Notes under the pieces: generated by a model | What the model was told of the DNA's origin: nothing | What the model saw: the letters and a program-made list of their open reading frames with translations, nothing else | Database searches by the model: none | Made by a program: the position numbers and the translations under genes | DNA from: Bacteriovoracaceae bacterium | GTDB lineage: Bacteria; Bdellovibrionota; Bacteriovoracia; Bacteriovoracales; Bacteriovoracaceae | Assembly: GCA_048270185.1 (NCBI GenBank) | Contig: JBLWTJ010000003.1 | Coordinates: 160,001 to 224,000, forward strand | Direction: 5' to 3' | DNA: 64,000 bases | Shown here: positions 22,228 to 30,156 of the stretch, piece after piece | How the letters are laid out: each line of letters begins with the position of its first letter | Numbering within the stretch: the stretch's first letter is position 1

Positions 22228-23052
22228 ATGAAAATACTAATATCTTTATTTCTTTTGTCTAATTTTACCTTTGCTTCGGCCCGTGTTTGTAAAAAAGATG
22301 GTGCACTTGAAGTTTACTCAAACCTAATCTTCTATGGTGAAAAGGCCAGCGAGCACGGGGCAGATTGTGCGCAAGAGATATATTCAATGTTTAATGCACC
22401 CAATGCCAAGATTAAGATTAATGGAGAAGAATTTCCTGTAAAGTTTAAAGTCTCTTACCAGATAGAGAATGAGAAAGATGTTTACGCTTCAGTAAATATT
22501 AATAAGCGAGTTGAAAATAATTATATTCGTATTGAAGATAAGACTACAAATATCGAATGGAATCGTTCAAATCATACCTTAAGTGGTAATTGTGGTTTTT
22601 ACACTACTGGTGATAAGTTAGGGCACTCAACAACTTGTACCCATGAATTTGCTCACGGGCTAGGGCTGACTCATTATACAGATCGAGGTAGTGGTTACGG
22701 CTCTGACGGTAACTTAATTGGTAAGGGGGCCCCTGGGATCATGGCGGCCCGTGGTTTCTTCGTTGACAGAAAATATCAATATAATAAAAAAGCATCTCCC
22801 GGAACAAAAGGTGGGACAATTAATCCAATCCATCGAGTCGTTAGACAAGAAGATGTTGAAGATCTCGGTCTCGAATTTCTTAGTTTCGATGAAGATGGTT
22901 GTGCAGATCTCGGTTCAAACTTAGGCATGGCCTACACGAAAGAAGGGGATATTGTAACAGGTAAGAATTGGTACGCTTTCGATGCTCTAAATTACATTGT
23001 TAACGACTTCACTGGTAATCTAAATAAGCCAACTCAGTGTGGTGAAAAGTAG
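22228..23052 (+). CDS. Secreted metzincin-like zinc metallopeptidase
   Basis: Signal peptide; HEFAHGLGLTH (HExxHxxGxxH) and downstream GIMA Met-turn. Confidence 0.8.
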   Translation: MKILISLFLLSNFTFASARVCKKDGALEVYSNLIFYGEKASEHGADCAQEIYSMFNAPNAKIKINGEEFPVKFKVSYQIENEKDVYASVNINKRVENNYIRIEDKTTNIEWNRSNHTLSGNCGFYTTGDKLGHSTTCTHEFAHGLGLTHYTDRGSGYGSDGNLIGKGAPGIMAARGFFVDRKYQYNKKASPGTKGGTINPIHRVVRQEDVEDLGLEFLSFDEDGCADLGSNLGMAYTKEGDIVTGKNWYAFDALNYIVNDFTGNLNKPTQCGEK

Positions 23053-23104
23053 TTACCAAACTCCATATTTCTTAATTTATTCTTCTTGCGCTTAGTCCCT
23101 GGCG

Positions 23105-23322
23105 GGACTGAGGTGGCGCGGCCGGGAGGACTCGGCCTCTCTACGTCGGCATCCATGCCTCCTTGTTCGGCCCGACTCGCTCGCTTCCGTTCGCATCCTG
23201 CTCACTCTTCGCTATCGCGCGCTCCCTCGCTTCTCGTCCTCCTCATTCAATGAGGATACTATGTAATGTAATTAATCTATGCTTGAAATAGAGGACTGAG
23301 GTGGCGCGGCCGGGAGGACTCG
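23105..23322 (-). repeat. tRNA-linked direct repeat (30 bp, two copies 188 bp apart) enclosing a GC-rich structured element
   Basis: GGACTGAGGTGGCGCGGCCGGGAGGACTCG at 23105-23134 and 23293-23322. It equals the last 21 nt of tRNA-Arg (with CCA) plus 9 nt of trailer. Confidence 0.92.
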
Positions 23323-23378
23323 AACCCCCGACATTCAGATCCGAAGTCTGACGTTCTATCCAACTGAACTACGGCCGC
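23302..23378 (-). tRNA. tRNA-Arg (anticodon UCG)
   Basis: GCGGCCGTAGTTCAGTTGGATAGAACGTCAGACTTCGGATCTGAATGTCGGGGGTTCGAGTCCTCCCGGCCGCGCCA; full cloverleaf, loop CT-TCG-GA, encoded CCA. Confidence 0.97.
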
Positions 23379-23454
23379 ATATCTTAAATTATAAAAAGAG
23401 GAAGAGATAAGGTAAAGCAATAAAAAAGGCCAGCATTACGCTGACCTTAGTTTG

Positions 23455-26166
23455 TTATTTACATTCTTGAGTTGAAGGAAATTCAAGCTCTCTTTCAAGC
23501 TTAGTGAATTTTTCACCGGCCATTGTAAGCTTAAGCTTAAGTCCACAGTTCTTTCCTGTTTCATAAAGCTTCTTAAAGATATGCTTGCTTGAGAATACTG
23601 ATTTTCCGAGTTTCGCATATTGCTTAACGAATTCTTTATCATCTTTGTTGAAGTTTGCTTTCATTTTCTTTGCATATTTCTTCACTCGAGAAAGAGTTGA
23701 TCTAGCAACACTTGTCTCGCGATCAATACATTCTAGACGACGATCATTAAAAGAATTTCTCTCAGTACAATCTTTGTTGATTGCGTTGATTAGAGCATAC
23801 TTATGTGTATCGTAGCTTAAGTCTGCATTCATCAGGTAGTTTGCAAAGTCCTTAGAGTAGTTCACACTAACTTCAAGTTTTGTATAATTCAGTTTTCCTT
23901 TCTTCTTTCCGATTTCAACATCAAGGAAATTCGTTAGGGAAGTGAATTCAACAACTCTCTTAAGTGCTCTTCTAAGTTTCTTGTATGTTCCATTATTTGT
24001 TTCATAGAACCATACGAAGCTTGCACCGTTATTTTCTAGATCGACATTTTCAACATTTGCTTTTGCAACTGAAGTGTAGAAAGACTTAAGTGAAGTTCTT
24101 GCAAGGTCAGCAAAGTTTGATCTTGTTACACTTGTATAGACTCCGTAGTCTCTGTGAGTTTGAACACCATTTGCATGAGTTTCAGTATCAGAGAATCCTG
24201 AGTATAGACTCTTAGAATGATTCCAAGACAGAAGTTGAACAAATGGAGTCTTAAATCCAATATTAAATTCTCTACCTTTTAGCTTGAAGTTCGTTGTATG
24301 AACTTTCGTTACTCTAAGATCAGCATATGATTCACCCATTTCCTGAGCTTTTAAGAAGTTACCTTTAAGTACGTCTTCGTATACTTTTGCTGTGTACTCA
24401 TCAGAAAGATCGAAGATATAAGAAAGGTTTTTCCCTTCTTTCTTCACTTTCGCTAGAGACGCATTAGCATAGTAGATACCAGTTGAAAGCATTGCTGACT
24501 CAAGATCAGTTCTTGTAATCTCAACATATACTTTCTTATCTTCTAACTTCTCAATATAGTATTCGTAAGAACCTTTAAAGATTCCTGCAATCGTTGCTGG
24601 TACAGCGTTGTAAATTGCAGAGAATGAAAGGGCCACGCCACCTTCAGTTGTGTAGTTTACGCTATTACCAATATTCCAGCTATCAAGGTCACTTGCTTTA
24701 AATGGAAGCTTTCCTTTAAGTCTTAATTCTTGTGCTTCAGCTAGAGTTGGTGCTGACATCTTATAGATAACTTGTGAGTTGTGAAGAATAGTCACACCAA
24801 GGGCCAGAGAAGTATTAGCTAGTTTAGGGTAGTGCTCTCCTGCATTAGGGAAGTTCCAAGTACCGGCCATTCCAAGACCAATATCGTATTTTCTCATTGC
24901 AGTTACAAGGTATCCACCTGCTTCATCTGTATACTCAAGCTTTGTTGGCTCTAGGAATCCTTCACCAACAGCTTCAATACTTGAAGTTGACCAAATATTT
25001 CCAAAAACAATTGGCTTGATTCCTGCAAATTTTAAGACAAGCTCATCTCTCTTGCTTGGGCCATTGTCTGGAGTTGTCGTTGATGGTTGGTCGCCACTGT
25101 TATCTTCTCCATTATCTCCATTGTCATCGCCACCGTTGTCGCCATTGTCATCGCCACCGTTGTCGCCATTGTCATCGCCACCGTTATCGCCACCATTGTC
25201 GCCACCATTGTCGCCACCATTATGGTCGCCACCACCGTTACCGTTGTCTCCGCCATTGCCTTGATTGCCGTCAGAGCCACCGTTCCCGTTTCCATTATTT
25301 CCGTCACCGTGGTTTCCATTGTCGCCATTATTGCCGTTGTCACCACCGTTTCCGTTTCCGTTTCCGTTCCCGTTCCCGTTCCCGTTCCCGTTCCCGTTCC
25401 CGTTCCCGTTTCCATCACCGTGGTTTCCATTATCGCCATTATTGCCGTTGTCACCACCGTTACCATTTCCGTTATCACCAGAGTTTCCTTGGTCACCTGA
25501 ATGACTTCCGCCACCGTTACCATTGTCTCCACTATTTCCATTGCCTTGGTTTCCATCAGAGCCGCCTACGCCGTTTCCGTTGTTCCCATTGCCATGGTTT
25601 CCGTTATCACCAGAGTTTCCATTTGATCCAGAATTTCCATTAGATCCAGAATTTCCGTTTGATCCTGAGTTACCATTTGAACCAGTGCTACCTTGGTCAC
25701 CTGAATGACTTCCGCCACCGTTACCATTGTCACCGCTATTTCCACTGCCTTGGTTTCCAGCAGAACCGCCTACGCCGTTTCCGTTGTTCCCATTGCCATG
25801 GTTTCCGTTATCACCTGAGTTACCGTTTGAACCAGAGTTTCCATTGTCTCCAGAACTCCCGTTGGATCCTGAGTTACCGTTTGACCCAGAGTTACCATTT
25901 GAACCAGTGCTACCTTGGTCACCTGAATGGCTCCCGCCACCGTTACCATTGTCACCGCTACTTCCACTACCTTGGTTACCAGCAGAACCGCCTACGCCGT
26001 TTCCGTTGTTCCCATTGCCTTGGTTACCATTATTATTTGAATTACTATTGTTTGAAACTTGTGATCCATTACCGCTACCATTTCCGTTATTCGAATTATT
26101 CGATTTACCGGCATACGAGTTTTGCATCAGAAGTAAGACGAGAGTTAGTAGTAGGCTCTTTTTCAT
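23455..26166 (-). CDS. Secreted protein with Gly/Asn/Asp repeat N-terminal region and an uncharacterised C-terminal domain
   Basis: 903 aa; RBS AAGGA; signal peptide ending SYA/G; about 340 aa of low-complexity repeats, then about 530 aa globular region. Confidence 0.92.
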   Translation of the reverse strand: MKKSLLLTLVLLLMQNSYAGKSNNSNNGNGSGNGSQVSNNSNSNNNGNQGNGNNGNGVGGSAGNQGSGSSGDNGNGGGSHSGDQGSTGSNGNSGSNGNSGSNGSSGDNGNSGSNGNSGDNGNHGNGNNGNGVGGSAGNQGSGNSGDNGNGGGSHSGDQGSTGSNGNSGSNGNSGSNGNSGSNGNSGDNGNHGNGNNGNGVGGSDGNQGNGNSGDNGNGGGSHSGDQGNSGDNGNGNGGDNGNNGDNGNHGDGNGNGNGNGNGNGNGNGNGNGNGGDNGNNGDNGNHGDGNNGNGNGGSDGNQGNGGDNGNGGGDHNGGDNGGDNGGDNGGDDNGDNGGDDNGDNGGDDNGDNGEDNSGDQPSTTTPDNGPSKRDELVLKFAGIKPIVFGNIWSTSSIEAVGEGFLEPTKLEYTDEAGGYLVTAMRKYDIGLGMAGTWNFPNAGEHYPKLANTSLALGVTILHNSQVIYKMSAPTLAEAQELRLKGKLPFKASDLDSWNIGNSVNYTTEGGVALSFSAIYNAVPATIAGIFKGSYEYYIEKLEDKKVYVEITRTDLESAMLSTGIYYANASLAKVKKEGKNLSYIFDLSDEYTAKVYEDVLKGNFLKAQEMGESYADLRVTKVHTTNFKLKGREFNIGFKTPFVQLLSWNHSKSLYSGFSDTETHANGVQTHRDYGVYTSVTRSNFADLARTSLKSFYTSVAKANVENVDLENNGASFVWFYETNNGTYKKLRRALKRVVEFTSLTNFLDVEIGKKKGKLNYTKLEVSVNYSKDFANYLMNADLSYDTHKYALINAINKDCTERNSFNDRRLECIDRETSVARSTLSRVKKYAKKMKANFNKDDKEFVKQYAKLGKSVFSSKHIFKKLYETGKNCGLKLKLTMAGEKFTKLERELEFPSTQECK
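25090..26110 (-). repeat. Coding tandem repeats (three long units, 24-bp x3, hexamer x11)
   Basis: GNGNNGNGVGGS.GNQG.G.SGDNGNGGGSHSGDQG occurs three times; CCATTGTCATCGCCACCGTTRTCG x3 at 25118-25189; CCGTTY x11 at 25346-25411. Confidence 0.93.
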
Positions 26167-26348
26167 TTCTATCCTTTTTCCTTTATTGAGAATAAAGTAT
26201 GAATAAACTATTAAAATTTGCTCACAATTTAATGAAAAAATATGCCCAAGTAAATAGAATATGAACTAGTTACAGCGGAATTAATCAAAATTTAAACAAA
26301 ATTATCTCTAGCTTAAGAAAAGGATGATATAGGTCATGAAAATATGGA

Positions 26349-26732
26349 CTATACCTTATTGTAGGCCATTTCTTCGAGGGCCTTCATTGGGATAACGGCC
26401 AGGGTTTCTTCATGGCATGCTTCAAGAATAATAGGGCAGGCCTTGCCTGCTTTGTAGGCCGTAAGCCAACGGCCAGCACAGAGGCACCACTTATCTCCGG
26501 GGTTAAGTCCTGCAAATTGAAACTGAGGCATTGGAGTAGACAGATCATTGCCGTCGGCCCTTGAAAACTCAAGAAATTCTTCAGTCACGATACAGCAAAC
26601 AGTATGCATACCGCGGTCATTAATATCAGTTCGGCAAAAGCCATCACGCCAGAATCCTGTCATGGGAGTACAGCCACACATCTGTAGGGGAGTTCCTAGG
26701 ACATTCAAATGTTCTTGCGCATCTTGACTCAC
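26349..26732 (-). CDS. DUF2237-family protein
   Basis: NVLGTPLQMC, PMTGFWRDGFC, GNDLSTP, PGDKWCLCAGRW. Confidence 0.92.
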   Translation of the reverse strand: MSQDAQEHLNVLGTPLQMCGCTPMTGFWRDGFCRTDINDRGMHTVCCIVTEEFLEFSRADGNDLSTPMPQFQFAGLNPGDKWCLCAGRWLTAYKAGKACPIILEACHEETLAVIPMKALEEMAYNKV

Positions 26733-26747
26733 TTTTTGCCTTCCTTC

Positions 26748-27092
26748 TTAATACTCATTTTCTTCGAAATCTATATAAGTATATGAGATCGTATTTAGTT
26801 CATCAATACTATCGAGAACATGGTCTTCGCTAGTAAAGTTTTTCTCCATAAAGGCCAAATAATCTTTAACATCACCTTGAGTCTTAACCGTTGTTAATGA
26901 GTTAAATGCAATAAAGACGATCAAAGTAACAAGGGCGCCTGAGAGGCTAAAGAAGAATCTTTGTTTTCTTATCTTCTTCTCACGGTGAGCCTTAAAGGCC
27001 GTGTTGAAATCCTTTGCCATTGTTCTTGGGTAAGGGATATCAATTTTACTATTTAATGTATCCTTTAACTTCTCGTTAATTGAATCCTTCAT
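26748..27092 (-). CDS. Single-pass membrane protein, probable anti-sigma factor
   Basis: ATGA overlap with the ECF sigma stop; cytoplasmic N-terminus, one TM helix, acidic C-terminus. Confidence 0.65.
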   Translation of the reverse strand: MKDSINEKLKDTLNSKIDIPYPRTMAKDFNTAFKAHREKKIRKQRFFFSLSGALVTLIVFIAFNSLTTVKTQGDVKDYLAFMEKNFTSEDHVLDSIDELNTISYTYIDFEENEY

Positions 27093-27673
27093 AAAGACTC
27101 CAGCTCTTTCTCAAGTAATTCTTTTAGTTTAACTTTTGCACGATTTATTAAATTCTTTGATGCCTGCTTCGACTTGCCTAAGACATCAGCAATTTCTTCA
27201 CCAGTATAATCATCCATCCACATGAGAATTGCTTCTCGTTGTGATTCAGGTAAGGCGATTAAAGCTTCTGAAACATTCTTTGAAGTGGCCGAATCAATAA
27301 GCTGCTCAAGTGCCGAATTCGTCTCATCTTCAATATTAAATAAGATCTCATCCTTTAAACATGCTTCTTTGGACTTCTTTAAGTAATCGTAACTCTTATT
27401 TCGAGCAATGGTCCAAAGCCAAGTCGTCACTTTATATTCTTGGCGGTAACTCTTTCTCTTATCGTATAAAGATAAGAAAGCATCATGAACAAGGTCCTGC
27501 GCCTTTTGTTCATCAAGAACAATGAAGTAAACAAATTGATAGAGCTTTATATGGAGAACACGATAGAGCTCTTCAAAGGCCTTATGGTCATCATTCTTTG
27601 CCACCAAAGACATAAGCTCAGATGGTTCTTTTTGACGTGAATTTTTCCAAATCGAGTTACTCATTACACGCAT
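27089..27673 (-). CDS. ECF-family RNA polymerase sigma factor
   Basis: Region 2 AFEELY...AQDLVHDAF...TTWLWTIARNKSYD; region 4 LPESQREAI...YTGEEIADVLG...NRAKVKLK. Confidence 0.95.
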   Translation of the reverse strand: MRVMSNSIWKNSRQKEPSELMSLVAKNDDHKAFEELYRVLHIKLYQFVYFIVLDEQKAQDLVHDAFLSLYDKRKSYRQEYKVTTWLWTIARNKSYDYLKKSKEACLKDEILFNIEDETNSALEQLIDSATSKNVSEALIALPESQREAILMWMDDYTGEEIADVLGKSKQASKNLINRAKVKLKELLEKELESL

Positions 27674-27678
27674 ACCAT

Positions 27679-27707
27679 TTATACGATTAGAGGTTAGAAA
27701 GGTTTCG
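27679..27707 (-). promoter_or_regulatory. ECF-type promoter in front of the sigma gene (probably autoregulatory)
   Basis: Minus strand CGAAAC-N16-CGTATAA. Confidence 0.7.
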
Positions 27708-27751
27708 CTATCTAAAATTGATGCTATAATATTAGATACTTAGCACAAGAG

Positions 27752-27780
27752 TGAAACCTTTTATCTATTAGCCAGTATAA
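27752..27780 (+). promoter_or_regulatory. ECF-type promoter in front of the divergent gene
   Basis: TGAAAC-N16-AGTATAA; same motif and spacing as the minus-strand copy. Confidence 0.7.
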
Positions 27781-27805
27781 CAGGTAACTGTCTAAATAGG
27801 AGAAA

Positions 27806-28339
27806 ATGATGAAAAGATTAACAATATTTCTAATGACTTTTTTACTAGCATTTTCAGTTATGGCCGATCGAGGAGACGGTAGTCGTAAAAAACGTGGCGG
27901 AAAAGAAAGAGGAGCACGCCATGAGCAGATGAAAGAGTTAGATGAAGATATTTCTAAACTTTCAAAAGAAGACCTTAAGAAGTTGGAAGCTGAGTTTGCT
28001 AAGTTCCAAGAAGAACAACATAGGAAGAAGATTGAACTTGAAAAGAAAGTATTTAAGCTTAGAGAGAAATTTTTAAAAGAAAATGAAAAGAAAGTTTTCG
28101 CTCACCTGGAAGAAATAAATAAATTAAAGAAAGGTCTTAAATTTGGACAAAAAGATAAGAATAAAGAAATTAGAAAGCAAATAAAAGATAAGAGTCGAGA
28201 ATTTAGAAAAGAGATGAAAACTGCAAGACATGAAGATCAGCGCGGTGAAATAAAGAAACTAAAGAAAGAGTTTCATGAAGAAATGAAAGAAGCACGAAAG
28301 AAGTTTAAAGAAAAAATTAAATCTTATCGAAAGAAGTAG
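27806..28339 (+). CDS. Secreted highly charged (K/E/R) helical protein
   Basis: RBS AGGAG; signal peptide ending VMA/D; coiled-coil-like composition. Confidence 0.85.
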   Translation: MMKRLTIFLMTFLLAFSVMADRGDGSRKKRGGKERGARHEQMKELDEDISKLSKEDLKKLEAEFAKFQEEQHRKKIELEKKVFKLREKFLKENEKKVFAHLEEINKLKKGLKFGQKDKNKEIRKQIKDKSREFRKEMKTARHEDQRGEIKKLKKEFHEEMKEARKKFKEKIKSYRKK

Positions 28340-28348
28340 ATAGAAAAG

Positions 28349-28380
28349 AAAAGCCGCTTATAAAGCGGCTTTTTTTATTT
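28349..28380. terminator. Bidirectional terminator overlapping the lipB stop
   Basis: AAAAGCCGCTT-ATA-AAGCGGCTTTT plus T run. Confidence 0.8.
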
Positions 28381-29098
28381 CTTTAATTAATTGATCGATT
28401 AATTTGAGCCTGTACTCATCCTGACTCTCAATCTTACTTGTCGAAATACTACAGAGTGTATTGTAGATATCCCCTGGAAGTCCACAAGGGAAGGTCAGTC
28501 TTAGGGCCGAGTTCATTTTCTCTGATGGATAAACATTTAAGGCCATTCCATGCATTGAAACAAAGCGCTTAAGTTGGACACCCATTGAAGCAAGTTTCTT
28601 TTCTCCATGCCAAAGACCTAAGAGAGGTCGATCAAAATCAAGACTTTCAATTGTCTCATCATTTGCACCAATTGAATTGACAGTCATTTTAAAGAGATTA
28701 TTAATGAGCTCAATCGTTTTTAATTTTTGTTCAGCTATGTGAATGATAGGGTAAACAATTAATTGTCCTGGATGGTGAAAAGTTAAGCCACCACCTCTTT
28801 TAATATTTACAACTGGAACATCGATCTTATCAACAATGGCCTGATCAAAGTCAACTAAACCATGTTCTTCAATTTGATTGCGTTGAAGTCCTCGGCCCAT
28901 TGTGAAAACTTCTGGGTGAGAAGTGATAATATAGATCATCTCACTAGAATTATTGTAGATATATTCATTGGACTTCTCTTGGAAGGCAAGTGCCTCTTCA
29001 TAGTCCCAATTATCTTTGTGAAAGATATGAAGCTTATCATCTGATTCCAGCTGATAATTAGAAATATTTAAATCAGTGATTAATTCTTTAAACGTCAT
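28358..29098 (-). CDS. lipB: Lipoyl(octanoyl) transferase
   Basis: HPEVFTMG, RGGGLTFHHPGQLIVYPI, KLASMG, MHGMALNV, PCGL; adjacent to lipA. Confidence 0.95.
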   Translation of the reverse strand: MTFKELITDLNISNYQLESDDKLHIFHKDNWDYEEALAFQEKSNEYIYNNSSEMIYIITSHPEVFTMGRGLQRNQIEEHGLVDFDQAIVDKIDVPVVNIKRGGGLTFHHPGQLIVYPIIHIAEQKLKTIELINNLFKMTVNSIGANDETIESLDFDRPLLGLWHGEKKLASMGVQLKRFVSMHGMALNVYPSEKMNSALRLTFPCGLPGDIYNTLCSISTSKIESQDEYRLKLIDQLIKEIKKAAL

Positions 29099-30074
29099 GA
29101 CCTTTCGCTCTTAAGTGGTCAAGGTAGTCACCGGCCTTATAGCTTGAACGAACAAGAGGCCCTGAAGCGACAAATTCAAATCCCATGTCATAGGCAGCTT
29201 GCTTATAGAATTCAAATTCTTGAGGTTTGTAGTATCTTTCAACTTTTAAATGTCTCATCGTTGGACGCATATATTGCCCAAGAGTCACAATATCACAACC
29301 AACATCACGAAGGTCTTGCATTGTCTGCAGAATTTCTTCGTGAGTTTCACCAAGTCCTACCATAATAGAAGACTTAGTTGAGATATGTGGGTAATTTTCT
29401 TTATAGAATTTTAGACAAGCTAGAGTTTGTTCATAACCTGCACGACGGTCGCGCACGTCATGAGTTAGTCTTTTAACAGTTTCAATATTTTGTGCAATAA
29501 CAAATGGGTTACTCTTTGCAAGAGTGTGCATATGTTCTTCAACACCGTTAAAGTCAGGAATTAAAACTTCAACAAGAGTATCAGGGTAGTCTTTATTGAT
29601 TCTTTTAACGACGTTTCCAAAGTGGCTTGCTCCAAAGTCAGGCAGATCGTCACGATCAACACTTGTGACAACAAGATACTTTAGTGACATTGTCTCAACC
29701 ATATTGGCCGCATTTTCTATTTCATTAAAATCAACAACACCTTTTGGATTTCCTGTATCAACGTGGCAGAATTTACAAGCACGAGTACATGTTCCTCCAA
29801 GGATCATCATCGTCGCAGTCTTTGCCGACCAGCATTCTGAAATATTAGGACAACTTGCTTCTTCGCAAACAGTGAAGAGCTTCTTTTCGCGAAGTTCTTT
29901 TTTTACTTCTTTGAAGTTATCTCCGGTAGGGATTCCGACTCTTAGCCACTCAGGTTTTCTCTCAAGGTTACGAGCTTCAAGCTCCTTTCCTTTATTTAGT
30001 CGGGCCTTCTTTTCTTGAATTTTCTGGCGTTGGGCCTCGTAGCTACCGGTCTTCTGGTCTGTTACTTGTGTCAT
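29088..30074 (-). CDS. lipA: Lipoyl synthase
   Basis: CEEASCPNISEC, CTRACKFC, VTSVDRDDL, GPLVRSSY. Confidence 0.98.
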   Translation of the reverse strand: MTQVTDQKTGSYEAQRQKIQEKKARLNKGKELEARNLERKPEWLRVGIPTGDNFKEVKKELREKKLFTVCEEASCPNISECWSAKTATMMILGGTCTRACKFCHVDTGNPKGVVDFNEIENAANMVETMSLKYLVVTSVDRDDLPDFGASHFGNVVKRINKDYPDTLVEVLIPDFNGVEEHMHTLAKSNPFVIAQNIETVKRLTHDVRDRRAGYEQTLACLKFYKENYPHISTKSSIMVGLGETHEEILQTMQDLRDVGCDIVTLGQYMRPTMRHLKVERYYKPQEFEFYKQAAYDMGFEFVASGPLVRSSYKAGDYLDHLRAKGHDV

Positions 30075-30156
30075 TTAAAATACCTCAAAATATGTCTTAG
30101 CTTATAGCAGTTTAGGGCCTTTAAGTTAAGACATATGATGAGTTAGTATGTAATTT

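Noticed and set aside
23105..23322. attL/attR of an integrated prophage or island
   Set aside because: Only 158 bp lie between the copies and there is no integrase. The repeat also includes trailer sequence beyond CCA. Kept as a tRNA-linked repeat.
25090..26110. Possible CRISPR array
   Set aside because: The repeats are tandem, in-frame and coding, with no unique spacers and no cas genes.
25016..26206. Many long alternative-frame ORFs (poly-PF, HCRH, TVAM, VATV types)
   Set aside because: They are shadows of the stop-poor Gly/Asn repeat. Only the 903-aa frame has an RBS, signal peptide and globular domain.
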